NCBI RefSeq assembly: GCF_036321535.1
Contig: NC_087436.1
Location: 102,364,001-102,428,000 of the forward strand
Direction: 5' to 3'
Length of the DNA stretch: 64,000 bases
Source of the DNA: Camelus dromedarius
Taxonomy: Eukaryota
This document shows positions 50,951 through 64,000 of this stretch, piece by piece. Position numbers and translations under genes: made by a program. The notes below the pieces were generated by a model. It saw nothing but the letters and a program-made list of their open reading frames with translations. It was not told the DNA's origin and ran no database searches. Within the stretch, counting starts at the first letter, position 1; each line of letters begins with the position of its first letter.

Positions 50951-52269
50951 GAATATATTATTTGTTTCTAATTATTCATTCATTCCCCTCCATTAGTATC
51001 TTTAGTTTTTCTTGCCTTCTCTGTCTCACTGACTTTCACTTTTGCCTCCTGACTTACTCTGGCCAGCGGAAGGTGAATGGGTTTGACATTTGCCATGTTG
51101 TAGTATAAGCTTTTAGAGGCAATGGAAGTTTCTGCCACCTGTTGTTTTTTGTTCTCCGACTTGAAGGAATACAGTGAAGACAGATGTATTTTTCATTTTC
51201 TGTGCTTATATTCAGTGTCTTTCTTAGTGGATTTCTTAGACTATGTTATTACAAATTATACTTCAACAGGCACCTTTGGTCTATGTATGTGTACTATATC
51301 TATATCTGTATCTATGTCTATCTATATATCAATATATACTTGATCAACATTTTAATATGTAACAGTTGAAGGATTATTCAAAATTCCTCTACAAAAGTTT
51401 TGCACTTTAATATATACAGTCAGCAATATCATACATCACTTTTTCTCCCAACTGTTCTCTAAAAATGCCATATCGCACTTTTCATCTTAATTTAATAGAT
51501 GAGCAATAGTTTCTTGTCATTTCAACTTGTATATTTCTAACTATGGGCCAGTTTAAGCATCCTTTTTAAAGTTCATAGGATATTTGTATTTATTTTGCAA
51601 CCAGTCATCTTCTGTACTAGAAGATTCCTATTTTGCTATTTCACAATAGGATTTATTTCAGCATGCTTTGCAAAAAATGTGTAATGTTCATAAGGGAAAA
51701 TAAATAGATGATGTAATTTTAATAAAAAGGAAAGTATCAAGTGACTTGCACTATTAGATATTAATATTTTAATGAAACAACAGTAATAAAGAACTTCAGC
51801 ATCAAGAAAGAAACAGAATAAAAAAATATAAAGATCAGATTCAGAAGAAAAGTACAGTAAACATTTAATGTGCTGAAATTGCCTTCTAAATTAGTCAGGG
51901 AAAGCTGAAGTATTTAATTAATATTGAAAGACAGAGATGCACATAAAAGCATAATGAAAATAGAATTAAGCATAGGTAAACTTTATACGCAGTTTAACTT
52001 CGGAGAATACCTATGTTTAAAATTAAGAAATCCTAAAAGGAAAGACGGATTTGATCAATCAATTGATATTTTTCCTACCAGTGTTTCATCATCATCTAGT
52101 GCTTTCCATTATAACAAAATAACAGAACTTCATTGACTGTTCATACCTTTCATCTTTTTGACCTTTATTTCATCTTCCATAAGTTCCCTCATCCTTTTTC
52201 TGCCCTACAGGGAAAAAGTTTTTCAGTTCTATTCACTTTCGGTCCCTACTTCCTTCCCTTCTCTTAACT

Positions 52270-53170
52270 ATGTAAGTACTCCCACTGAGGTTTCTGTAAC
52301 ACCAATGCCCTGAAAATATTCTTTGCAAGATTTCCAACAGCATTCATCTGACTAGTGCAAAGGACACTCTCTGTTCCCAGTTTATTCAGTCTCTCAAGAT
52401 CATTACATAACTTCTCTGAAAAACCTGTTTTGGCTTCATTGACACCATACTCACCAGGATTATTCCCTAGGTCTATGGTCAGTCCTTTTCAGTTCCATTT
52501 GTTTGCTCTCCCTGCTCTACCTGAGTTCCAAATACTGAAATATCTTAAGAATCAGTATTGGTCCTCTGCTCCAACCAATGATTTTCCAAGTGGTCCAATC
52601 TGTTTCCATAGTTTCATGTATCATGTCTATGTTGAAGACTCCCTAACTCACATCTCTTCTTTGAGTTCATGAATTCTATGCCCAGTTCCTCACTTAAAAT
52701 ATTAATTTGCTTATCGAGAAGGGATTTCAAAATGTATGCCTAAATTGGAAGACTTGATTTTATGCTTCAAAATCTGCTGCAATCCAACTCATTTTAGTTT
52801 AAAAAAAAAACAAAACACTATTCTAACAGCTCAAGACATAAACTAATTTTCAGCTTTGATTCTTTATACTCTATATGCAATACATTTGCAAAAGTATTAT
52901 TTCCCTTTTTTTAATGAGGGGAAGGTAATTAGGTTTGTTTGTTTGTTTGTTTATTTGTTTATATTTGGAGGAGGTACTAGGGTTGAACCCACGACCTTGT
53001 GCATGCTAAGCATGTGCTCTACCACTTGAGCTATACCCTCCCGCACCACAAAAGTATTATTTCTACATGGAAAATATATCTGATTCTTCCTGTTTTTCTC
53101 CATCACTACTGTCAAACATCATCTACATCTGAACGAATGCTGCTAAAGACCCCCATCTCATTTCCATGCT
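52270..53170 (+). mobile_element. LINE-2 fragment, host of a SINE insertion
   Basis: ttggcttcattgacaccatactc, atctatgttgaagactcc-like gtctatgttgaagactccc, ctcaagacataaac, tttctccatcactactg. Confidence 0.6.
52904..53048 (-). mobile_element. tRNA-derived SINE, camelid Vic-1 type
   Basis: Reverse complement gggagggtatagctcaagtggtagagcacatgcttagcatgcacaaggtcgtgggttcaaccctagtacctcc...(AAAC)n ctaattaccttcccc; perfect 15-bp TSD caaaagtattatttc at 52889-52903 and 53049-53063. Confidence 0.95.
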
Positions 53171-53184
53171 TTCCTGGAGAATTG

Positions 53185-53490
53185 TCCTTTAACTAATGGG
53201 GACAGCTCTCTAGAAAGATGCCTGGGAATTGCACCAATCACTGGTATAAAGGCAAATGGCCATGCCTCGGGGGATACAAACACCATAACACAACTCACGG
53301 GCCAGAGCTGCCTCTGGGATCTCTGGGCTATCCTTGAAAACACCTCTTTGCCTAGCTTCTTTCCCCATCCTATCTTGTTTCACAAACTTTTTTACAGTTT
53401 TGTCCAAAATACACTTCCTTAACAAATCACCTATCTAACAGTCATCTATAACCTCTGGCTCTGTTTCTAAGCAAACTGACTTGGACGTCA
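53185..53490 (+). mobile_element. ERVL LTR fragment, LTR16-like
   Basis: cacctctttgcctagcttcttccccatcctatcttgtttc...acacttccttaacaaatcac...ctctgtttctaagcaaactgacttggac resembles the LTR16 3' end. Confidence 0.55.
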
Positions 53491-55111
53491 ACCTTAACCA
53501 TATGGGCAGATAACGTTCAACGTGACCTGACAGCACAGAATTTGGAATGGCTGTTTTCTTTGTTTGTTTGTTTTGTTTTTGATAAAGGCTCTGTAGATAT
53601 TTGACTCAGTTTTTCATTTAGACAGATGAAAGATAATACCTAAAAGAAATAATATTTTAAAAGTTACAGAGGCACAAAAATATTACACTTGGGGCAAAGT
53701 AATAAGTTTAGTGGATCTGGAAATAGAATAGTAAAAAATAGTAGGAAGAGACGGCATTGGAGTGGAAATTAAGGGAAAGCTGGTGAAGCTACATGGAGCA
53801 GAATCTTAGCAATTGTTTAAGCTGTTGTTGACATGATTAAAATTTTAAATTAGAATGCTATCATGGTTGTTCCTTTCTGCTCTGGTTAGGGAGTTTCCAG
53901 AAATATTGACATCCTAATTCAGAAGCAACCTTGCCCTGAAACTGCCATTGGCAATATCATTAAAACTCTTGTTTTCAACATTTCTATTTCTTGTTGAATT
54001 TGGGTTTGTTCATTCCATGCCTCATCTTTCTCCCATATATATCACATTCTGTCTTAAAGGAAGGGCACTTTCTGTTTAAGTTTTTTTTGGGGGAGGGGGT
54101 ATGTTTAAACAGAATTCCCAGTGTCACACATTCATACCAAACAATTTAGAAAATGTACGGGTTTTGTAAATATTTTGAGTGCTTTAAATTATAACACATA
54201 ACTAAGAGAATGCAATAAAGCAGTTCAATTCTTATACTATACCAACAATCTATTTAGAATTTTTTAAAAATGGAGCAAGAATTAAAGAAATAAATTAGAA
54301 TAGAGTCTTTCTAGCGGAATTATAATTGTCACCAAAAGTCTTTTTTTTTTTCCTCTTCCTACCCTTTAAAATATATGAGTATGTATTTTTCACATTGATT
54401 TTACATTAGAGGCTCCAAGTTCCAGACTGTATTCAGCTCTCCAGAGTGAGAACTGCAAGTTCCCAAGAGGCTTACCTTGACAGCTGAGAACTTTATCCAG
54501 GCTTGACACAGTTTAACCCTGAAGAGGCTGTGGGTTATTTTTATCTACCGACCTTACCATCTTTCTTAGCAGTATGGCTCCTTCAACTTATTTTTATAAA
54601 ACAAAACAAAGATGATCATGTCTACATTTGCCCTACATTATCTGATGACTCTTCATTTAATATACCTGACTACTTCTACTATTTTTGTGAATAATATCTG
54701 AAATACAGAACTTGTATGAGTTTAGACTACCTTAGATGTTGTCTGACGACCACCCTGAAGACGAGGATGAATGCCCTTGCTCCAATTACATAGGGTCTGT
54801 GTGTGTATGTGTCTGTGGTGTGGTTGTGATTATGATTATTTCTGTTGTTGTTGAAGTGTCATAAGAGTAGAAAAATTTGGTCTAAATTAATCCAAAAATC
54901 ATCTTCTAATTAAATAGAAAACCTATAGAGTAGGTTTGCATACCATTTTACTGTAGAAAAATATGAGAAAATGATGGACAAACTAGAACTGAAATTACAC
55001 CAGAAATTTTATTTTCTGAAATAGAATTTTCCCTGACATTGTAAACTTGTTTGAATCATAACATAAAGATTCAAGGTTTTCACAAATGTCATAAATGGTA
55101 AATAATTTTAA

Positions 55112-55505
55112 TGTATTAGTTTGCTAGGACTGCAAACAAAGTACCACAAACTCAATGACTTAAACAACAAAAATGTGTGGTCTCACAGTTCTGCAGGCTA
55201 GGAGTCCCACATCAAGTTACAGGTAGAGTTGGTTCCTTCTGAAGTCTGTGAGGAAGGGGAATGTTTTGATTTCTCTGTTTGGTTTCTAGATGGCTGGCTT
55301 CTCTGTCCCCTTCAAATCTGTATTCCAAGTCTGTCTGTCTCTAAATTTCCCCTTTTGATAAAGGCACTAGTCATATGGATAAGAGGCCCACCCTAATGAC
55401 CTAATTTTAGCTTGGTTACCTCTATAAAGACCTTATACATTCTGAGGTACTGGGGGTTAGGACATCAACATATGAATTAAGGGGAGAACAATTCAATCCA
55501 TAACA
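55112..55505 (-). mobile_element. MaLR solo LTR (MLT1B/C-like) with perfect TSD
   Basis: tgtattagtttgctaggactgc...cattctgaggtactgggggttaggac...caattcaatccataaca; TSD tttaa at 55107-55111 and 55506-55510. Confidence 0.92.
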
Positions 55506-58002
55506 TTTAATATTTTTCTGTAAGGAAATGTGTTGTGTAAGTAATCCTTTATTTTAAAGAAATTTTATTTTTAGCAGCACAAATTTACAGTAATCCATGA
55601 TGTTCTATGGCAGAGTGGCTACGATGTGTTTAAGAGAAAGAGGGAAAATAGGCGAAGTTGAGAAGTCTAGGAGATCAAATCCTACTGAGAAAACTTATGA
55701 TTTATACTTTAAAAATCCCATTTTTACTGGCTAAGGAAATTTTAATTTCTGTGTATGAATTTATTCAAAGAAGGAAAGTAATAATTAAAACAATTCATCT
55801 TTGGAATATCTGTCTTGAGCTGGCTTGGTAGTTAATTTTTTAACAATCCAGCAGAGTTTTAAATAAGTGCACTTTCAACCTATCATATAAATGTCAAATT
55901 AAAGTTTTGTTATTAACATTTAATTTTGAGAAGTGATTTCTCTTTTGACAAGTCATTGCAAGTATCAAACTTTATCATAATAATTCTGATATTGACTAAC
56001 TGAATTCATTCTAAAATCTGTTTCTAATTAAATGTTTTTAAAATAAAGTCAAAGGAACCCTTAATAGTTCTGATGTTTTACCATAAATATCACATGGCCA
56101 AAGTCATAGCTTTTTTATAGTAATGTATCATGCATTCACGTGTCTTATCACTCACGTTTAATTGCAAATTGCAAGCATGCTTTTTTTTTTACTGTCAGTG
56201 AAATTCACTTTATATCTTACAAATCAAATGTTTAGTCTGACAAAGAAAAATAATGCTTGACAAGGAATGTCACATAGATAGGCAGTTAACTGAGACATTA
56301 TGTAATTCAACCTTGATGAAGGGCTTTATGCAAAATTCATAACCTCCATTTGAGTCAAACTCTTGTGTATTCATTTATCAGATAAGTACCACCTCAAGCA
56401 GGCTATTTTTTATAGCTATGATCTCTGACTTATTTCTCATCTTTTTAAATGATGGTGATAGAAAGTGCTTACCAAATACTTAAAAGCATTTTATCCTCAG
56501 TGACGTTTTATCACCTGCTCACTATTGAACAGTTGCTAAGTAGACTGTGAGATAGAGGGATGTAGGAAACTAAAAAAAGGAAACTCTAGGGTCAGATTTA
56601 CATGAAGTTTAATCAAATTCAATCACAGCAGCACCACCTATTGGTGATTTTGTTCAGTGTAAATCCTAAATAATTCTGCTTGTGTTAAATTATAGTACAT
56701 TTTGAATTAACATACATATATTTTTCCTATACTCAACTCATAAATTATTGCTTAAACAAGGCAATAATTATGAAGTGTATTCCCTTTATAAAAATACCTA
56801 CCTAAATCTTTCTCTCTCTATATGACCTTCAGTTTTACATTCCAGAAGTAGTACTCAGTGTGCATTCTTTCTCACTGAATATTGTTGAGATGTGCATTTC
56901 AATGTGAACTCCAGTACAGAATTTTTTTCCTTAAAATAATGTCATTTTCTCATTGCCCTATATTTAAGGAAGTAGGTAATTTTATTTTAGAATCAGAATT
57001 AGACTTTTCTTATTTTGTTAAATTTTACTCAGTTTTAGATCTGTAGTCACTGGTATCAGGATGTTGTCTGTTGTTAAGAAATATCATGACTGTAAAGAAA
57101 GGAAGTTGAAATGTCTATAATGGCTTCTGTTAGCAAAGGGAACAGTGCCAATGCCCCTCACTTGTCAGATCGTACTTAAAATAAAATACAAGTCTTGGGA
57201 ATCCTTTTTGGATGTCCAAATATGAAAAATCGTGGTACAAAATATTATTAAATATTGATGAAGATGTCAACTATGTAATAAGATGCCTAGAGGTGGCTGG
57301 GCATTTGCAGCGCAAGAAGTGGGACTGGCCTGCTCTCACATGAGGAAGGAAGTGGGAAAATAAAGTCAGTGACATTTTGTGAGAAAATTCCAAAATGACC
57401 TCTAATAATTATAGGCCATAGGATGGAGCCCCTAACAATTTTTCACACAATCTATGCTGAGCAAATTAGGTTTAATTTAGGAATCCCAGGTGGGTTTCCT
57501 AAACCCACATCGTCCACACTCATTTATAGATTTGTAGGTTAAAAAAAATAATCTTTTTTTGGATGGTTGGAAGTTCCCTAAAATAGAAACATTTTGTTCC
57601 ATAGTTAGAAAATAAAAGGTCTAAGATGTAAAAACCTGTTAGTACTGAGAATTTTAGCTGAAGCATAATCAGAAAACAAATATAGACAACTGTCTTTAAA
57701 TTATTTTCTCTTTTTCTAAGACATGGAAAAATTAGTAAAATGGCTATAGAATTGTAGAGTTTGCCTAATGGTGAATTGTACAAGAAAAGATTTGAAAGTT
57801 GTTGAGAGTGATGGCTAAACATGAAAAGTCTTGTAGTGTTTTTCAGTTGCTGCAAATGCATGTTGCTATACTTGACATGATTTCTGAATGTTTTGTTTAT
57901 AAGTATTTGTTTATACAGACAGATCTTTGTTCCCTGAAGAACAAAGCTTCATAATATACAATATTTTTCCAAAAAAAAGGTGGGGAAAACAAAATGATCC
58001 AC

Positions 58003-58399
58003 TCTTATGGACAGAATTTGTGTCCCCCTAAAATTCACATGTTGAAGCCCTAATCTCCAATATGACTATATTTGGAAACAGAGCTTTTAAGAAGCTAATT
58101 ATGGTTAGATGAGGTGAAAATGGTGAGGGAAACACTAATCCAATTAAGATAGTGTTCTTATAAGAAGAGAAAAAGGCACCAGAGCTCTTTCTTTCTGTGA
58201 GTGCTCACAGTGAAAAAGCCATTTGAGGGCATAGTGAGAAAGCAACCATCTATGAACCAGAAAGTCTTTACTAGAAACCAGCCCTGAGTGCACTTTGATC
58301 TTGGACGCTAGCCTCCAAAACCATGAGAAAGTAAATGTCTCTTATTTAAGACACCCAGTCTGTGGTAATTTGATTTGGGAGCCCCAGCATTCTAATATA
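58003..58399 (+). mobile_element. MaLR solo LTR (MLT1A/B-like)
   Basis: ttatggacagaatttgtgtccccctaaaattcacatgttgaagccctaa...tttaagacacccagtctgtggta...ctaatata; TSD tccac / cccac. Confidence 0.9.
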
Positions 58400-58633
58400 C
58401 CCACCACACACATTCTCTCCCCAGAATATTACCATTTCAGAATTTGTATTTATAGAAGACACAAACACATTAAACTAATCATTCATTTTACTTTTTTGTC
58501 AACTGTTTTTTGGTCCTGAGTCTCTTCTTTTGTATCTTAAAAGATATATTTTCCCTTTATCTGATATATGGAGTCCCATTTCCCTCCTCCTGCAGTGTAT
58601 CTTTAGATATATATGTCTATATTTTATAGCATT

Positions 58634-59165
58634 TGTGTTAGTTAACTCTTGATGCATAGCTAAAATTTAGTGGCTTCAAACAATCAATATTCACTACCTC
58701 AGAGTTTCTGAGGGTCAATCCAAGTACACCTTAGTTTTCTGCTTCACAGTCTCTTTAAAGTCTGCAATCAAGGTTTCCAGCCTCATCTGAAGTCTTGACT
58801 GGGGAAGGATCTGTGTCTAAGTCTACTTCCATGGTGGCTGTCAAGACTCAGTTCCTCAAGAACCATTGGACTAAAGGCCTCAGGTCCTCACTGGCTGGAG
58901 TCCATGCTCCATTTCTTTCCAGGTTGGCCTCTTCAACATAGAAGTTGGCTTTAGGAAAGTGTGCCAGCTGAAATGGTGATAAAGAAAGAATGCCAGCAGG
59001 ATGAAAGTCCACTTCTTTATAATCTAATCACAGAAGTGACATCTCATCACTTCCACCATATGCTATTCATTACAAGCACTAGATTCAGCCCACATGAGGA
59101 GAATGGATTACACAAAAGTGTGAATATCAGGAGTCAGAGATTATTGAAAGTTATACCGGAAGCTA
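58634..59165 (-). mobile_element. MaLR LTR (MLT1F-like)
   Basis: aaaatttagtggcttcaaacaa, ttgactggggaaggatctg, cagaagtgacatctcatcacttccaccatatgctatt, gtgtgaatatcaggag. Confidence 0.8.
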
Positions 59166-59832
59166 ATGTTGCATTTTTTCACATTATACGCATATGTATA
59201 TTTTCTTGGAAAAATATATTTACTTTTGTTTGAGAGTATGCAGATTCATCACAATAAATATTGTGATATAGATATAATCTTATTTCTTACTTTTCACTTC
59301 TAATATATGCATTCCTATATCCCTGTTCCTTAAATATACCTCTCCCTCATTCTGTCTCTGTCTCTCTCAGTACACACATACACATATAGGTACACAGTCA
59401 GTTCTGTTCTCAATATTTTTAATTTAATTCTCATTTCGGCCTGTTACAAAGCATTGCTGTGGGTACCCTGCTGTACCAGGAATACACAGAGTAATGCCTA
59501 GCACATTATAGGTGTTCCATGAATATTTATTGAGAAGTAGAATTATTATGTCTAATTTCTTTATAGTCCTTTGGCTCTGGATACCTGAAGTGTACAACTT
59601 TCTATTACCAGAAAAAATTTCAAAACTTTCAATTTTTGAAATTTTGAAATGTAAACATGTACTTAAAAATCTCTAATAACATTTCTGATGTGAAATAAAA
59701 GTTTCATATTTATTCTGATGATAATGCTATATTTTGAAAGTTTATGCATTTTCTGAAATGTGCTCTGAAATCTCCAATTTTTTTACTAGAAGTCTTGCCT
59801 GTATGGCTCATCACCCTCTTACTTCTGAAATG

Positions 59833-59880
59833 CACACACGCACACACACACGCACACACATCGGTCCATACACACATACA
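59833..59880 (+). repeat. imperfect (CA)n microsatellite
   Basis: cacacacgcacacacacacgcacacaca. Confidence 0.85.
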
Positions 59881-60426
59881 TTCATGCAAACCTTGATATA
59901 GTCTGTTTTTCCATGTTTGGTTACCATGAAGTCTGTTAAACTGACTCCTTTTCTCTAAATATGCATCCAGTCAAATCCAGATATGTGTTCAAATATGCAG
60001 CCCATTAGTTTTTCTTTCACAAAATGGACAAGACCAAGGATTTCAAGACAAGTCAGGTGGAAGGAATGAAATGGTATTGACACACATAGAAAAATATCTG
60101 AAAAATCTCTTTGTTAAAAGAAGAACCAGTAGGGATTAAAGATTGGCAAATTTATATGGGCTTTTGGATCATGGTTAATAATGAAAATAAAAGTCTGATA
60201 CTTCTGACTGGGAGTCATTTGAGGGCTGGTTCCCAAGTTTGAGCCTCATCTTTAATAAGACAAAATGACTTTTCTTGATGCATTTCTCTTCTTTTTAACT
60301 TTTGGGGAGAAAAATGATATGGCAGGAGACATTTTTATTTTTAGGTCCTTCATTCAAGTTGAGAATAAATGGCCCCAGGCAGCTGCCTAATTCATTCTCT
60401 AGTACTTCCAGAACTGGATATGTCTT

Positions 60427-60449
60427 AAAAAAAAAAAAAAAAAAAAAAA
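60427..60449 (+). repeat. poly(A) run
   Basis: 23 consecutive A. Confidence 0.9.
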
Positions 60450-61749
60450 CAGACATACTACTTTTTTAAACCAAACATTTCCTTATAAAATAAATTTTTT
60501 TATCATGATATTTTGGCCCAAATTATACAACCTGTTTGATCCATAGTATCTAAGTCTGACAGATGTCACTTTCTGCCAACTAAAAGTTTAGTATATGTGC
60601 CTATATTTATGTTGAACAGAACTCAAATATTGATAGTTACCAGGTATTAAATCCTAACCCTAAGTTGTGGCCATTCACTTATTGTTAAAAAATTTATGTA
60701 CTTTTAATTTTACACACTTTATTCTTGACCAGTCATTCACCTGGGAATGGAAACCTCTCTATCCTTGGAGAAACAAATCTAATGTGAGACAGCACCCCAT
60801 TTCTATAACCTACGTATTTTAGCTCCAACTGCATTAATGGATTTTTCTTTCCCAGATAACACTCAAGGCTCTTCCAGGTTTTCAATATTGCTTGGTATTA
60901 AAGAAGTCATGTTGAACTTTATTTGAAACTAAGTCACATTTTTCCAAGCATTTAATATTTGGGTAACTTTAGGTCTTTCTCACTCTCTTTCTCTCTCTCT
61001 TTTTCAATAAGTAAATATGTTTCAACTATTCTTTGCTCTCAAAATTCTAATTCAAGTCATTTGGCATGAGTACATTTCACCAAGCACCCTATATAATAAG
61101 CATGAACTGCCAATTCCCTGTAATTCTGAGGCAATTTCCATACCTTACACCGTTATTATGTTCTTGTAGGCTAATTGGTAATTATACCCAAATTAGGGTT
61201 CTTGGAAATGTTACTCTTGAGAAAAAATTATCTTTAACTTTCCTCAATAAACTTTTTTCTACATAGATATTTTATAATTCATTTACATCATCTGCAAGAA
61301 GTTTGGCTTCTTTAATAATGTGCTCAGGACATAATAACTTTAATTTGTAGTAATATTAATATTAAATGAGCATAAAGAACAGTTGTCAGTCTGGAAATGT
61401 TTCTCCTCTCCTCTCCATCCCCAGGTACAAATTGCAAAAATAATTTAAAATATGTCTTATCAAGAAGGCACATCAGAAAATAAAATCCTTGTGCTACTCT
61501 TAGGTTTATAGTAGATGTAAAAAATGATTATAGTTGTATAAATACCATGCAGTCAAAGGCCACTGGGAATACACTTGCAGTTGAACATTTGGGGTTTATT
61601 ACTTATTGCACATATGGGAGGGCAGACTCATGCTTAGGGTTTCTTTCCCACTATGTGCTGCCGATCAGAAAGTATTCTCCTTCCCTGCTCAGCTCTGTTT
61701 AATCCTCCATCAGTTGGAGCTTCCATGGAGGAGACAACATAAGGAGACT

Positions 61750-61885
61750 CTCACCAGCTGTGTAATCTTGAGCCTTCAGTCTCTGAGAACTTTAATTTCC
61801 CTCATCTTTAAGATGAATCTAAATTTTCTTACATAATGGAAGACCCATAATTTAATGTGTTCAATAAAAGTTATTAGTCATTCTT
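61750..61885 (+). mobile_element. MIR fragment
   Basis: tcaccagctgtgtaatcttgagc...ctctgagaactttaatttccctcatctttaagatg...ttcaataaaagttattag. Confidence 0.65.
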
Positions 61886-62149
61886 ATAGGCAGCACTTGC
61901 TTCTCAATGAAGCCAAGATCCCACCTCTACCATCCCTAAGCCTCAGATGAGAACATCTTCTTAGGCTCCCAAATCTCAGACCAAAAAGTGAAAAAAGCTT
62001 GCAGACTGTGGGAGAGCAGTGAGACATACTGAGGCCTTGGGCTGACTTCATGCTGGGCTTGCCTGTTTGCATGTTTGGTTTGGCTCTGGCCATGGGTCTC
62101 TAAGGGAACAAGATTGCTGTCTTGGAAGACATGGGGGCTCTGCCTTGGA

Positions 62150-62660
62150 TTGAATGATGTTCAATGTGACTGCAAGAGTGTAACTATTGGGAATTGTGGA
62201 ACATCTCTGTAAGTGGATGCTAAAAAGGACATATCATTAGATTTTGCCTTGTGTTAGATGATTTGGGGGGAAATACAAGGAATTAAAGCTTTGATCTAAA
62301 TTAGATTGGGCATTGGGAAGCAGGGGTAATTCTGTGATTTGCTATCTTAATTAATTTTACCTAGAAGGAAGAAAAGTTAAAGCTGTAACTGGAAAAGAAG
62401 CAGCAGTCACTCAAATTAACTGGGATAAGGGGATTTGGGTCAACTTGTCTGTAATCACACATAATAGTGGAGAGGTCTTATTTTTATCTTGATCCATCAT
62501 GATAGAGTTGCCTAGTTTGTTGTTGATCTTGTGTAAAATTGTGTGTAAAATTGTGTTCAACAAGTGGGCACCAATACCTAACTGAGTGTCAGGCCAGCTC
62601 ATCACAACACCATGGTCTAGCTGGCAGTTCCAAGCCAGCACCCAGAAGTCAGGGACTTTT
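62150..62660. mobile_element. probable old ERV LTR fragment, family unresolved
   Basis: aggggtaattctgtgatttgctatcttaat...taaagctgtaactggaaaagaagcagcagtcactc resembles old eutherian LTR sequence as I recall it; termini not defined. Confidence 0.4.
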
Positions 62661-62779
62661 CTGTTTCTCAGTGGTTAGAATTGCAATAAGTTTTTAGCCT
62701 TTTGTACAATAAGGTCAGCCACTTTGACTAGAACTTAGAGACAAAATGAAGGGAAAATGCTCATTTGGTGAACCACTGT

Positions 62780-63190
62780 CCCTGAAACTTTCATTCTACA
62801 GTAGCCACACCGACTGGATTGCTGTTCCTCCACAATGACCAGCCACTTCCCACCTTAGGACTTTTTTTAATTATCTCTACCATTATTCCCAAATTCTATG
62901 CTTGTATTTATTATTCATGCTTTACTTAAATATCTCAAAAATAATTGCTTTCATCATGCAATTGAAAATAGCCCCCAACTCATTTCTGATCCAGTGCTCT
63001 CTCCCCTAATTATACTTACCAATCTCAGAAACTATCTTATTTATTTAGTTTTTACTTATTTGTCTCTCTGGGAGGGTCACTCTTTCCCAAAAAGATAAGT
63101 TCCATGAATTCAGAGACCATGCAGATTATATTTACTACTCTTTCCTCTGGCACATTATGGGTTCTCATTAGATATTTGATGAATAGATAA
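62780..63190 (+). mobile_element. LINE-2 3' end
   Basis: tagccacaccgactgg..gctgttcctc, cttcccaccttaggacttt, gataagttccatgaa, ttctcattagatatttgatgaatagat. Confidence 0.7.
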
Positions 63191-64000
63191 ACAGAGGAAG
63201 CACATTTCATTGTTAAGCACTGTGTCCTTTAATGTTCTTACTGTTACATGCTTTTCTGAAGAAGGAAGTTCTCTGAGTTAGAAACATATCATTGTGTAGC
63301 AAAGTGAATATACAGATTCCACCACCCTAACTCAAGTCTTCAGAAAGAATTTTACATTTCCTAGGAAACAGTGTGTGGGCAAGAGAGAATCATTGATACT
63401 GTGCCATGTGGGCATAATTTTGAACACTATCTCATACTCCCTTCCTTCTCTTCCAGGGCAATGTACCTAAGGCAATTAAAATTAACTAATCTTAAATTTA
63501 AAGGAAAGAGTTAATCTCATGGCACCTAAAGATTTTCACCTAGGGGCTCTCATAAGCAGACCTGAGAACGTAACTTAATGGATTATAGATAACTCATTCT
63601 GACACAAGAGTTTCTACAACAAACTGACCTGCCTAATCCTACTGCAGGCAGCTCAGACTTGCATGTAAGGGGAGATAAGAAGACCAAAGAACATGTTCTT
63701 GCCTGTGTGCCAGAAAGAGCTTACTGCCAGGTTCCCTCCTGGTGCCAAAATTAGGAAGGCTTTTAGGATCCTAGCATGGGATAAACTCAGGCTCTTCCTA
63801 TAAGATACAACCTGTCATTCAGAAGAAATTCACAATGAAGAAATGGATATTTCTGTGAATATTTACCTAGAGAGTTGACCACTATTGTGCTGTTGCAGTC
63901 ATATGATAGGCTTTTTTTACTTAGACCTTCCCATTAGGCTGTAATCCCATCCATAGTTTGCAGCTCCCTTGAAGACCACAGTGCAGTGGAGTCCTGTTGC

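Noticed and set aside
57520..57861. 113-aa minus-strand ORF
   Set aside because: Low-complexity F/L/I/K composition typical of AT-rich non-coding DNA.
59617..59650. AT-rich hairpin atttcaaaa-c-tttcaa-ttt-ttgaaa-ttttgaaat
   Set aside because: Low complexity, too short and unstable for a miRNA precursor, and no TSD to suggest a MITE.
1..64000. Using repeat strand bias to infer a host gene direction; CRISPR-like or prokaryotic systems
   Set aside because: L1s lean to the minus strand but LTRs are mixed and counts are too small. There are no regularly spaced repeat-spacer arrays or operon-like ORFs.

Overview
AT-rich mammalian genomic DNA, most likely from a camelid, since it carries two tRNA-derived SINEs that I recognise as Vic-1-type. 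I can support no intact protein-coding gene, RNA gene or CpG island. The ORF track consists of chance ORFs and pieces of decayed retroelements, so the window is intergenic or lies deep in a long intron. It is mostly fossil mobile DNA. A decayed class I (ERV1-like) provirus at about 1.7-4.95 kb keeps its 5' LTR, tRNA-Leu PBS, splice donor, gag and RNase H, but an antisense L1 sits where its centre should be. A probable hAT transposase fossil lies at about 8-8.8 kb, and an ERVL/MLT2 provirus collapsed to about 700 bp lies at 27.4-28.1 kb. There are also many MaLR LTRs, L1, L2, MIR, a MER58-type element and microsatellites. I found no evidence of a new biological system. The best leads are structural oddities of these elements, a candidate recursive-splice (AG|GT) site, a few candidate exons or enhancers, and a local diverged duplication. 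Repeat family names come from remembered consensus sequences, not from searches. Boundaries are approximate unless a TSD is quoted.
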